A DNA stretch of 64,000 bases from Chara braunii (taxonomy: Eukaryota; Plantae; Charophyceae). Below are positions 24,900 to 36,285 of the stretch, in pieces. The first letter of the stretch is position 1; the number at the start of each line of letters is the position of its first letter. Where the stretch lies: assembly GCA_003427395.1 (NCBI GenBank), contig BFEA01000023.1, positions 1,878,539 to 1,942,538 of the forward strand. Reading direction: 5' to 3'. Both the position numbers and the translations under genes were made by a program. The notes below the pieces were generated by a model. The model was not told where the DNA came from, made no database searches, and saw only the letters and a list, made by a program, of their open reading frames with translations.

Positions 24900-25825
24900 T
24901 CCTAGACCTCCCAAAATCCCTCCATCATCCCACAAATGACGTGTCATCTTGCAGGGAGTGGTGGAACGAGCGAATGAGTGATGGAAGCTGGAGGCAAAAG
25001 CGAGCGACGTCGGAAATAGCTGGAAGTTATCAAACGGGGCTAGAATGGAGTAGCAAGCTAATAGAGGAGTTAGACCAAGAAAGCGATGGCGAAATGGAAT
25101 GAAGAAATTACTGTTTGGATTGAATGAGTGGTTAAAATGAAATGGAGTGCGCAGGAGTTGTATGACATGCAATGATTTGGATGTTCTTTCCTTCCTAAGT
25201 AGCCAATGGTTAGTGGAAATTGAGAGCAGGTGCCGAACTACCGATAGCGATTGCGAACCAATAGTGTCACCATCCACTGTAGATGTGGTGGTGAATTGCT
25301 TAAGTGGTGCCTTTAGATTGCTTGGTAGGGAGGAAGGGGATGATCCTTGCCAGGGTAGTCGGGTAAAGGCGTTTCGGAAAGCGTACAGAGAGTATGGGTT
25401 GGCGAGAGGGGTTACGGAGGAGTCAGCGCGACCGGTGGTTTGGGAAAAACTGAAGGTTGTGATCGAATATACATGATGCAAGATAAAGGTGCTAATAAGG
25501 ATGAGAGAGGCGGAGACTTATCGAGATGCCGCTATGTTCTTATATTTGTGGGAGAGCTGGTAGCGATGCGGGGAAGGTTTGCGGTTGCAATATAAAGAGA
25601 TTGATATTGGGAATTGCCTTGTACGACCAGGATATACTAAGACAGATCTCTATGGAGGTCGATTTCTCATAAGGTTAAAGAAGGCTGAGGAAGGCGAAGA
25701 GACTTTTTTGCGCATTCTGCCAGAGCTGATAATTGTGTATGAGAGCCTGGGGGTGGATTTGCGATTTGGTTATTTGTTTCGGGTTGATCGTGGGGTTAAC
25801 GCACTTGTGAGCGATGAGGGTTTGA
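24843..25825 (+). pseudogene. Tyrosine recombinase, predicted spliced (exon 24843-24863 plus 24955 onward); in-frame stops; C-terminal H-x-x-R/Y region missing
   Basis: core-binding-like PSTVDVVVNCLSGAFRLLG...DPC...ARPV; YRDAAMFLYLWESW*RCGEGLRLQYKEID (catalytic R region); TKTD; GYLFR. Confidence 0.8.
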
Positions 25826-25829
25826 ATTT

Positions 25830-27355
25830 TTTATGTCTTATCTTCTGGAACCCTGATTCTTTTTTAGTGAGAATCAATCGTAAAACCCAGGAATCTAATG
25901 GATTGTGAAGGAAGAAAGGAATATTTGTTAAGACTTAAAAAAAAAATGAGGTTGTGGAGGAGGGAGACATAGTTGAAAGATTGTCAAAGAAGAAGGGGAA
26001 GGTTTGGTTTGCTAGAGCAGAGTCATCGATATATGAGGTAATAAAAATATGGCGGAGGCGGAGTTATGCCATAATTTCTTGCATTACTGTAGTAAAGATC
26101 CAACATGCGGCGGATATGCCAAAACATAGAGTTCTGAATTGGTAAGTGGTCCCTTCTCAGGAGAAGGCAAGGTAAGGTTTGTGGTCAAGGTGAACCTGAA
26201 TATGGTAGTATCCATTTTTAATATCAAAACAGGTCAGAAAGTCTTGTGTCGGAGAACCAAAAAGTGGGGCTACCAGGTCATTGATGGATTCATAGTGGAA
26301 TTATGGAAAGGATAGGAAGAGGTTAACAAATCTAACATCTAGGATGAATCTGGTTTTGAAAAAGTTTTTGATAGCGAAGACTGGATTGATAACCAGAGGG
26401 TTAGGGGAAGGTTCGATGACACCATATGAGAGTAGTTGAGAAATTGAAGAGGTGATGAAGCTATTATGGTGAGGGAGAAGGGAGTGGTTGGGGATTGAGG
26501 TAGGTGGGGGGTTTTCACACAAGAGGACTCTTTTGAAAGCAGAGGCTGAATAAACATTTTTTACCATATGCCTGACTTCGATAATCTTTTTAACAGGGAT
26601 ATGCTTAGTACCAACAAAATTGAGTTTGACTCCATGCTGGCTCCATTGGAGAACAGAGTGAGAATACCTTCTTGAGGAGGAAGAAAGGAGAAGTGACCAG
26701 TTACTGAAGTACTAGTGCGAAGGAGAAGCGACAAAAAAGTGGTTTGGGTTGCGGAGCCAAAAGGTAGGTTCTTGAAGGGCGAAAGAGGCAAGGCGGAGTT
26801 GCGAGACTGTATGAGTGGAAGAGAGGCTGTCTCTTATACACATCTAGATGTGTATAAGAGACAGGGGATATGCTTAGTACCAACAAAATTGAGTTTGACT
26901 CCATGCTGGCTCCATTGGAGAACAGAGTGAGAATACCTTCTTGAGGAGGAAGAAAGGAGAAGTGACCAGTTACTGAAGTACTAGTGCGAAGGAGAAGCGA
27001 CAAAAAAGTGGTTTGGGTTGCGGAGCCAAAAGGTAGGTTCTTGAAGGGCGAAAGAGGCAAGGCGGAGTTGCGAGACTGTATGAGTGGAAGAGAGGTTTGA
27101 GAGGATTGATGGAATAGATGGGAGATGGAAAGGCGACTCATTAGTCCGAATGTCTGACGGGATCTGCTGGAGAGGAAGAGTGGTTACTCTTGGATTCTGA
27201 GTCATGGTGAGGACGCTTAGAGGAACGGTTGAAGTCGTTGCCCCTGTCTGACTTGTCTTCATAATGACACTTTGAAGAGGATTTCTTGAAGTCATCTGAC
27301 TTGTTATTGTCGTCCTTCTTTCGGATGGAAAATGGGTCTGCTTCCGACTTGCCAT
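25830..27355 (-). pseudogene. DIRS-type pol (reverse transcriptase); stops present, RNase H not found
   Basis: SVLQWSQHGVKLNF; LLSYGVIEP; RFILDVRFVN; FDIKNGYYHI; QFRTLCFG; SYIDD (26022-26033); PSQSIRFLGFTIDS. Confidence 0.9.
26827..26864. other. Nextera mate-pair junction adapter (assembly artefact) between two copies of a 231-bp segment
   Basis: exact CTGTCTCTTATACACATCT-AGATGTGTATAAGAGACAG; flanks 26596-26826 and 26865-27095 match. Confidence 0.97.
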
Positions 27356-28893
27356 ACCTGCAATAATAAAAAAATAGAGAGAGATGGATAAGTCCATGAA
27401 CGCGAACGACGTGGACCTACTTAGCGGTCCAGGGCGATAAACCTTTTGATATCGGGCGACTGCCCTTGTGCTTACCTAGAGTAGTCCCTCCTTGCGATGT
27501 TTAAGCAATAATTGTATTATGACTCGATAATGGGAAGTGTTTTCTCCATGCCCTCGCGGATGACCTTGTTAAGGGCTGACGTTGTCTCCGTGAAAATCCT
27601 ATGATCGATGCAGTTCTTAGCCACTGATGCTACTCGAGTTGCAAAGTCACTGACCATAGCCCTGCCAAATGGATAATGGTGGTAGTTGAGGTTGATGGTG
27701 TAGAAACAAATGACTGTAGCGACTTGGTGGTGCCAAGCAGGGGCGCAAAACATCTTGTACCAAACTTGGAATTCATCGTATGAAGGGCCAGACTTGTCGG
27801 CGATACGGATTTTGATGGCTTCCATGTCAGAGAGTAGGTTTCGATAGAGTTCATTGGTGGCTTGAGTCTCCTCTTCTTTCTTAGCAAGTTCCTTCATTAA
27901 GGCCTCCGCAACTGACTTGGTCTCGCTTTCTTGCTTAAATAGTTAAATCTTGAGTTTCTCGAAAAGTTCCAAGGAGACCGTTTGGGCAGGGGGGTGAGAT
28001 GTAAGGTGGGGGCTGGAGTGGTGTGCTGAGACTGCAGAGAGTTGAGGGAAATCGGAGGGGAAGAGGTCAACAAAAATTTTTTCCAGAATTAAATAATCAT
28101 TCTATAGTAAAATTACATTCTAAATTTCAAATTTTCATTCCATCTTAAAAAATATCATTACAATTTTAAAATTTTCCGTCTTACTTGAAAACTTTCCTTC
28201 CAATAATGGGGTATCCCTTCTTATTTGAACTGGATGCTAGAGATGAAATGAAAGTCTGGATGAGTTCATGAAATATATTTTAATTAGACTGATATTCTAA
28301 GTAAGGATTTTTAATTATAAATAGGTTAATCCAATCTAAATTAGAAGATATTTGTTGTAGTAGAATGAAAGTTTAATTAAAACATTTCATAAATTCATCC
28401 AAACTTTCATTCCATCTTGAACAAATAGATGTAGTTGGAAGGGAAAACTCATATTGAGACGGAAATTTATCAAATAAAGCTGAAAATTTTAGAATTTGAC
28501 AAACATTAGAATGATAATTTATAAATATGAAGGATTTTGTTTTTATGAAATATTTTTTCAACTTTCATTTCTCGTGAGAATTTTTCTGTTGGTGATAGGA
28601 AGATGGGGGGGGGGTGTTCTGGGGAATGGTGGAAGTAGAAGAGAGAGAGAAGTACGGGGGGAGATTGATTTGATTTTAATTGCTAGAGTGTTGACCTTAT
28701 ACTGAGTTTGAAATTTGATTGGAATGATTAAGAATAGTAGCTTTCGGGGGTCAGGAATGGCAGGGTTGAGGCATTCAATGATCTTAACAGGGGTGTAGAT
28801 AGGTGGAAAGATGGGTAGGACAACAAGAACCTCAGCCCCGGTGAGGGAGAGAGGACCAGAGACATTGAGGTATGCTAAGAGCATGAAGTCCAT
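27141..28893 (-). pseudogene. gag-like ORF upstream of and overlapping pol; split by a MITE, a frameshift and a predicted 118-nt intron (27358-27475)
   Basis: ATG directly after TTTTCAG; Pro-rich linker then helical MKELAKKEEE...; AG|GTAAGC spliced to TTGCAG| gives a 72-codon open charged tail. Confidence 0.55.
28068..28591. mobile_element. Non-autonomous TIR element, family 3 (CAAC...GTTG, 2-bp TSD)
   Basis: ends CAACAAAAATT / AATTTTTCTGTTG; TSD GT. Confidence 0.85.
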
Positions 28894-29082
28894 CTGAAAA
28901 CACAAACAAGAACATAAGTTAGGAGAGGGGATTAATTAATGGTGTTTTAATAGGGCTAAAAAAATTGACTTGGTAAGACATGATTCTAGAGGAATTCTCT
29001 CCCTCTCCCTTCTTTCTCGATTTTTTTTTTTTTTTTTTTTTTTTAAGACATAATTTTTTTTTTTTCTCTTTTTTTTTTTTTT

Positions 29083-29129
<47 letters not shown>

Positions 29130-29539
29130 GGTTCCGCCCATAAAGGAAGTTGAATATAGATAAAATAGTTTCCTTGAGGAATATGAGTAAGTTCATCATA
29201 ATGCAGAAGTATTGCTAAGAAAACGGGGTAGATTGATGAGATTACAAACGCGAGGTATTTAATTTTTTATTTTTATTTTTATTTTTAAGGTTAGGATCTC
29301 ATTTTTCATTCAGACTGATCACCAACTTTTACCATTTTCGGACTTAAACCTAGTAATAGGCGTGAAGGTTATAAGTGAGAAGAGGGAAAAAAAAAAAAAT
29401 GACGCAGGCTACAGGTAGGGTAATGGAGGGAAGTAGAAAGGATTTAAGAAAAGTGTCATAGAGGAACGGAATAGTCAAGGTAAGGGTCATGATAAGTTTG
29501 AAGCACAATAGTTCCTAGTGACTGAATGCCCGTCATTTA

Positions 29540-29571
<32 letters not shown>

Positions 29572-29599
29572 CATATATATATATACATATATATATATA

Positions 29600-30353
29600 C
29601 AGGGTCACCAGCCCGTACGTACGGAGGTCCACGGGCAGACCTCCGTACGTACGGGCGTTTGGGGTCCCGTACGGGGTCCGAACCCGACGGCGTTCGGCCC
29701 CCGCCAAAAATTATTTCGAGGTTTAAACATTATTAGTTTTTTCTAATTTTTGTTTTTTGACTTTTCTATGATGTGAGGTACATGCCTATAAATTTTCAAG
29801 GCATTTGGATAAGCCAAATAAGAATTAAAAATCGCCATAGATGGCGGTGTAAAAACGTGCTCGCCCACGTATTTTTTCACTTTTTACTTTTTGTTTTCAC
29901 TTTAGTTCGGGGTCTAAACAATTTTATTATTTTTTGAATCTTTTTTAGTGGGTTTTGTATTATGTGAAGTACACATCTGTAAATTTTCAGGGCATTTAAC
30001 TATGCCAAAAAAAAATAAAAAATCGTCAAAGATGGCGGTGTCAAAAACATGCTTGTGCACACACTAAATTTAATTCTCTTTTTATTTTTATTTATTTTAT
30101 TATTAGTATTTGTTTTTCGTATTTTATTTTTATTTCAAATTTCGTAAGGAATTCGGATGTAATGCTCAGGCAAATCTTGTTCAATTTAGTTTTATTCATA
30201 ATACATTTTTTTTTCAGATGTTTTTGATGACTTTTTTTTTTTTTTTTTTGGGTCCGCGTTCGACCCGAACGGCCGAACGCATCCCCAAGGGGTCCCATAC
30301 GTTCGGGCGTTCGGGTTCGGGCGTTCGTCCCGTCCCGAACGCCGGTTACCCTG
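29600..30353. mobile_element. hAT-like MITE, family 2, inside (TA)n
   Basis: CAGGGTCACCAG...CCGGTTACCCTG; flanked by TATATATA on both sides. Confidence 0.85.
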
Positions 30354-30415
30354 TATATATATCTATATCTATCTTTCTATATATATATATATATCATCGT
30401 ATATATATATCTATA

Positions 30416-31881
30416 CAGGGTTACCAGCCCGTACGTACGGAGGCCCCCGGGCGGACCTCCGTACATTTCGGCGTTCGGGGTCCCGTAGGGGGTCCGAACC
30501 CGACGGCGTTCGGCCCCCGCCATAAATTATTTAGGGGCCTAAAAATAATTTTTTGTTTCTGATTTTTTTTTTTATAAGTTCTCTATCACATGACGTACAT
30601 GCCTATAAATTTTTAAACCATTCAGCTTAGCCAAATAAGAATTAAAAATCGCCAAAGATGGCGGTGTCAAAACGTGCTCGCCCACACTTTTTTTCACTTT
30701 TTACTTTTTGTTTTCACTTTAGTTCGGGTTNNNNNNNNNNNNNNNNNNNNNNNNNNNNNNNNNNNNNNNNNNNNNNNNNNNNNNNNNNNNNNNNNNNNNN
30801 NNNNNNNNNNNNNNNNNNNNNNNNNNNNNNNNNNNNNNNNNNNNNNNNNNNNNNNNNNNNNNNNNNNNNNNNNNNNNNNNNNNNNNNNNNNNNNNNNNNN
30901 NNNNNNNNNNNNNNNNNNNNNNNNNNNNNNNNNNNNNNNNNNNNNNNNNNNNNNNNNNNNNNNNNNNNNNNNNNNNNNNNNNNNNNNNNNNNNNNNNNNN
31001 NNNNNNNNNNNNNNNNNNNNNNNNNNNNNNNNNNNNNNNNNNNNNNNNNNNNNNNNNNNNNNNNNNNNNNNNNNNNNNNNNNNNNNNNNNNNNNNNNNNN
31101 NNNNNNNNNNNNNNNNNNNNNNNNNNNNNNNNNNNNNNNNNNNNNNNNNNNNNNNNNNNNNNNNNNNNNNNNNNNNNNNNNNNNNNNNNNNNNNNNNNNN
31201 NNNNNNNNNNNNNNNNNNNNNNNNNNNNNNNNNNNNNNNNNNNGCTTTCAAACAATTCCGAAAAAAAACTATGTTATGGAGAAAAATAAACTAAACAACA
31301 TTTGCGTGGGCACTACATCCAAATTCTTTACCAAATTTGAATTAAAAATAAAATATATAAAATAAACATTATGATAAAAATAAGAAAAAATAAAAAGAGA
31401 ATTAAAATGAGTGAGTGTGCCAACACCTTTTCGACACCGCCATCTTTGCCGATTTTTAATTATTTTTTGGCATAAATGCCCTGAAAATTTAGAGATATGT
31501 AGTTTACATAATCAATAACTCATTTAATTTTTCTCAAAAAATAATAATTTTTTTTGGCCCCGAAATGAAGTGAAAACAATAAGTTAAAAATGAAAAAAAA
31601 ACAAAATAGTAAATGGGCGAGCACGTTTTGACACCCCCATCTTTAACGATTTTTAATCTTGTTTTGGCTAAGCAGAATGACTTCAAAATTTATAGACTTG
31701 TAGGTTACGTCACAGAGAACTCAAAAAAAAAAATTAAAAAAAAAACACTTATTTTTAGGCCCCGAAATAGTTTTTGGCGGGGGCTGGACCTGGAGTCGTT
31801 CGGCCCCCGAACGGGACTCCGAACGCCTGAACGTTCGGCGGCCAGCCCGGGGGCCCCCGAACGTTCGGTAAGCTAACCCTG
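30416..31881. mobile_element. Family 2 MITE copies on both sides of an N gap (30416-30730 forward; 31244-31881 inverted)
   Basis: CAGGGTTACCAG start; ...GCTAACCCTG end; shared internal GATGGCGGTGTC motifs. Confidence 0.75.
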
Positions 31882-31885
31882 TATA

Positions 31886-32648
31886 CAGAGTCACCAGCCC
31901 GTACGTACGGAGGTCCCCGGGCAAACCTCCGTACGTACGGACGTCCGGAGTCCCGTACGGGGTCCGAACCCGACGGCGTTCGGCCCCCGCCAAAAATTAT
32001 GTCGGGACCTAAAAATAATTATTTTTTTCTGAATTGTTTTTCGTGAGTTCTCTATGATGTGACGTACATGCCTGTAAATTTTCAAGTTATTTGGCTTAGC
32101 CAAATTAGAATTAAAAATCGCCAAAGATGGCGGTGTCAAAACGTGTTTGCCCACGTATTTTTTCACTTTTTACTTTTTGTTTTCACTTTAGTTCGGGGTC
32201 TAAACAATTTTATTATTTTTTGAAACTTTTTTAGTGGGTTTTGTATTATGTGATGTACGTATCTGTAAATTTTCAGGGCATTTAGCTAAGCCAAAAAAAA
32301 TGAAAAATCGCCAAGGATGGCGGTGTCGAAAACATGCTCTCGCACTCACTAAATTTAATTCTCTTTTTATTTTTATTTATTTTTATTATTAATATTTGTT
32401 TTTCGTATTTTATTTTTATTTCAAATTTGGTAAGGAATTCGGATGTAATGCTCAGGCACATCTTGTTTAATTTATTTTTCTCCATAACATATCTTTTTTT
32501 CAGATTTGTTTGATGAACTTTGTTTTTTTTTTTTTTTTTTTTTTGGCTCCGCGTTCGGCTCGAACGGCCGAACGCATCCCCAAGGGGTCCCATACGTTCG
32601 GGCGTTCGGGTTCGGGCGTTTGGCCCGTCCCAAACGCCGGTTACCCTG
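31886..32648. mobile_element. hAT-like MITE, family 2
   Basis: CAGAGTCACCAG...CCGGTTACCCTG; collinear with 29600-30353. Confidence 0.85.
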
Positions 32649-33059
32649 CCTGTATATATATATATATATATATATATTCAGCGAAAGAGTAAAGGAAAAC
32701 ATAATAAAAAAAAACATAATGAAAATGAAGAGTAATTATTCAAAATTCTTAGGAAACACTGATAAACTTCATCCTTTGAATTTAGTACCGCTTCCCCCTT
32801 CTACTATTTTCTCTATAATTTTTTATTTCTTTTTTCGATTCAAACATCCTGGTGCAAGGGCTAAGCCATATTCTTAGGGGAGTTGAGGCATAGGAGATGC
32901 ACACTATGAAGGTTAACCTTATTCGACAGAAGAAATTATTATTTAAAAAAGTTGATTAACCCTTCTCTTTTTTTTTTCTTTTTTTTTTTTTAGCTTATCC
33001 CAGACGAAGATTGTAAAGATGTAAGGATGGGAAAAATGGGTGACTGGTTGGGGGGTGCT

Positions 33060-33278
33060 CTACCAAACCATGTCTCGAACTTTAGAAAAGAGGAGGGTGA
33101 TGAAGAGGAGTGGTGGGGTTAGAAAAAAGATAACGAAGGTAAAACAAAAGAGTTGAAGGAGTTTAAAGGGAAAACATATTATAAGAAAATGGTTTCTTGA
33201 TAAGGAGATCGTCTTGAAAAGGACTATAAAGGGGGTGAGAGCAAAGATATTCGTAACTTTGTCAAGAATAGGGTCCAT
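33060..33278 (-). CDS. Accessory 72-aa hydrophobic ORF of the DIRS-like element (possible membrane peptide)
   Basis: CCTAAC branch, TTTGTTTTGCAG acceptor, ATG 5 nt later; long Phe/Leu/Ile stretch. Confidence 0.45.
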   Translation of the reverse strand: MDPILDKVTNIFALTPFIVLFKTISLSRNHFLIICFPFKLLQLFCFTFVIFFLTPPLLFITLLFSKVRDMVW

Positions 33279-33437
33279 GATGCCTGCAAAACAAAGCTGG
33301 GAGTTAGGGAGATGCGGAATTAGCTTTTGTTTATACTAAATAAACACATGATGCATCAACCTTTTTTTTTTTTTTTAATGAGAGATATAGATCTCCTTAC
33401 TTTTATTATTATTTATTATTATTATTATTATTATTTT

Positions 33438-34665
33438 TTAACACTTGCATGAATAACATGATGAAGTAGCATCAACAAGGAAGATTCTTCCGATAAACCC
33501 GTAGCTCAGAGCACAATTAAACAAATAACACCATTGAATTGATCCTGTTATGGTGGATTGGAGGTTTGCTTGCCCGTTGCGTGCCGGCTGGTTTAGCAGA
33601 CTAGAGGTAATGATTGCTGACAAGGTACCAAGGTCGTGACATCGATCAGAAAGGTTTTTTTTTTTTTTTTTTTTTTTTGGGTCCGCGTTCGCCCCGAACG
33701 GCCGAACGCATCCCCAAGGGGTCCCATACGTTCGGGCGTTCGGGTTCGGGCGTTCGTCCCGTCCCGAACGCCGGTTACCCTGTATATNNNNNNNNNNNNN
33801 NNNNNNNNNNNNNNNNNNNNNNNNNNNNNNNNNNNNNNNNNNNNNNNNNNNNNNNNNNNNNNNNNNNNNNNNNNNNNNNNNNNNNNNNNNNNNNNNNNNN
33901 NNNNNNNNNNNNNNNNNNNNNNNNNNNNNNNNNNNNNNNNNNNNNNNNNNNNNNNNNNNNNNNNNNNNNNNNNNNNNNNNNNNNNNNNNNNNNNNNNNNN
34001 NNNNNNNNNNNNNNNNNNNNNNNNNNNNNNNNNNNNNNNNNNNNNNNNNNNNNNNNNNNNNNNNNNNNNNNNNNNNNNNNNNNNNNNNNNNNNNNNNNNN
34101 NNNNNNNNNNNNNNNNNNNNNNNNNNNNNNNNNNNNNNNNNNNNNNNNNNNNNNNNNNNNNNNNNNNNNNNNNNNNNNNNNNNNNNNNNNNNNNNNNNNN
34201 NNNNNNNNNNNNNNNNNNNNNNNNNNNNNNNNNNNNNNNNNNNNNNNNNNNNNNNNNNNNNNNNNNNNNNNNNNNNNNNNNNNNNNNNNNNNNNNNNNNN
34301 NNNNNNNNNNNNNNNNNNNNNNNNNNNNNNNNNNNNNNNNNNNNNNNNNNNNNNNNNNNNNNNNNNNNNNNNNNNNNNNNNNNNNNNNNNNNNNNNNNNN
34401 NNNNNNNNNNNNNNNNNNNNNNNNNNNNNNNNNNNNNNNNNNNNNNNNNNNNNNNNNNNNNNNNNNNNNNNNNNNNNNNNNNNNNNNNNNNNNNNNNNNN
34501 NNNNNNNNNNNNNNNNNNNNNNNNNNNNNNNNNNNNNNNNNNNNNNNNNNNNNNNNNNNNNNNNNNNNNNNNNNNNNNNNNNNNNNNNNNNNNNNNNNNN
34601 NNNNNNNNNNNNNNNNNNNNNNNNNNNNNNNNNNNNNNNNNNNNNNNNNNNNNNNNAAAACAACG

Positions 34666-34697
<32 letters not shown>

Positions 34698-34939
34698 GAA
34701 AGGTCGCATAGATCTAATGAATATTGAAGGAATGTCGTTGACAGGAGCAGCTGGCATAATGCTATGCATGACTAAACCAAAAAAGAAGAGGGAAGAAGGA
34801 AAAAGAGGAATTGGGACCGAGTTCGTTCCATGAGCGTGAAGGAAAACTGTTGTAGTTCCTCAATCAGCGACATCATTAATGAATTTTGATCGAAAAATTT
34901 TCGAGCTTTGATGCAAATTTGACATGCACCGATATTCAT
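33438..34939 (-). pseudogene. Accessory Cys-rich/hydrophobic ORF (~150 codons) split by an insertion
   Basis: removing 33656-34704 (8-bp duplication AGAAAGGT) gives one frame MNIGACQIC...SCYSCKC with a single internal TAG. Confidence 0.55.
33656..34696. mobile_element. Insertion, mostly N gap, containing a family 2 right end (to 33782)
   Basis: flanked by AGAAAGGT duplication (33648-33655, 34697-34704). Confidence 0.5.
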
Positions 34940-36285
34940 AACCTAAGGAGCGCTAGCTATGAAGAATCTCAGGCCAATGGCCTATTTAGCAGTCCCATGA
35001 AATATTATGGATTGCTGCCTATAAGAAGCTAGCGCCTAATCCAGGCTCCCACGAAGGCGCTGGGGGAACGATAGCTCTTTGAGCCTCTATGAAGTCACTC
35101 GAGGCCGAAGGCCGAACGCCGAAGGCCGAAGGCAACTCACAAGAGCTAGACACGAAGTGTTGAGGTAATGCGTACTATTATAGAAACAGTGTGTGAACCA
35201 CGCTTCCTGAAATGTTCAAGTAGTAGCCAATTTGGTACATCAATACATCTTTCTATGCTGATACCCATCTTTCTGATGTTTACTAGCTTTTTATTGTTTA
35301 TATTTATATCCGTATCATTCCCTTCCCTTTTTTTTTTTTTTTTTTTTTTTTTATGGTTGAACTAAGATTCTTGCTTAGCATACTAAGCTAAGATAAAGAA
35401 GGGAGAGCGGGGTGGGAGCCTAGGTAGTGCTTCAGTCCCTACCTGTTCGAGTTTTTTTTTTTTTTTTTTTTGAGGGTTGCAAGGTTGCTTGGTCTGTGTC
35501 GTTAAATAACTATATTTGTTGCTCGACCTTGACTACTGAATACGTCAATCTCTCCTCTTTTTTTTTTTTTTTTTTATAATATGCAAAATGTTATTATCTT
35601 GCAGTTGTTGCAAAATGAAAGTTACTTTGCTTAGCCAAAGAAATGAGAAGTAACAAACACATGGATGATTCAAGGTTGGGCCAAAGAAGAGATTACTAAG
35701 GCAAAGGATTTGTGGGGAAAATTGAGGGAGTGAGGAAAACACCAACCCAGTGGACTTACGAACAAAGGAGGGACTCAGAAATGCAGGAAACCGATCAATA
35801 GTGAGCACGATTGAAAATGCTTAAATAATGCGAAAAACCCTCGAGTTGTATTCGTACACATCCTGATTAAAACTCCTTATTATTTTCATTTATACTCCCC
35901 TTTTGATTTTTTTTATTTATTTTTTTTAACAAGAGACCCGAAGGATAATTCCGCATACATAGTTGATTTAACTCTCTTTTCTTACTCATTATAACGCGAT
36001 GGGTCATTCATTAATCGATGATCAACAAAGATAAGTGAAAACAAAAAGAAACGAGGGTAACAAATCAGATTTTCAATTAACTCCGAATTAAACAGAGAAG
36101 GAGAGGAAAAATCCTCTTAGATGCTTTTAGCAACTTATTAAAATTCATCCATACAGGAAGGTAACAAGTTTAGGGAGGGAGACAGAGAGAGCGAGTAGGT
36201 CTATGGAGAAGGAGGAAGAAGGTGAAGAGATGGAGGGAGAAAAGGAGGAAGAGGAAAAGGAAAAAGAAAATGAGAAAATCCAAAT

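Noticed and set aside
24858-25481. 207-aa minus-strand ORF as the DIRS RNase H
   Set aside because: No TDAS, EL.A or DN motifs; it is the antisense of the plus-strand YR
26827-26864. Natural Tn5/IS50 mosaic ends or horizontal transfer
   Set aside because: Exact synthetic Nextera junction with matching duplicated flanks
30658-34727. Long ORFs in the supplied track
   Set aside because: They run through N gaps
35085-35140. Hammerhead ribozyme (GAGGCCGAAGGCCGAAC resembles stem II)
   Set aside because: No CTGANGA core and no GAAA; it is a short GCCGAAG repeat
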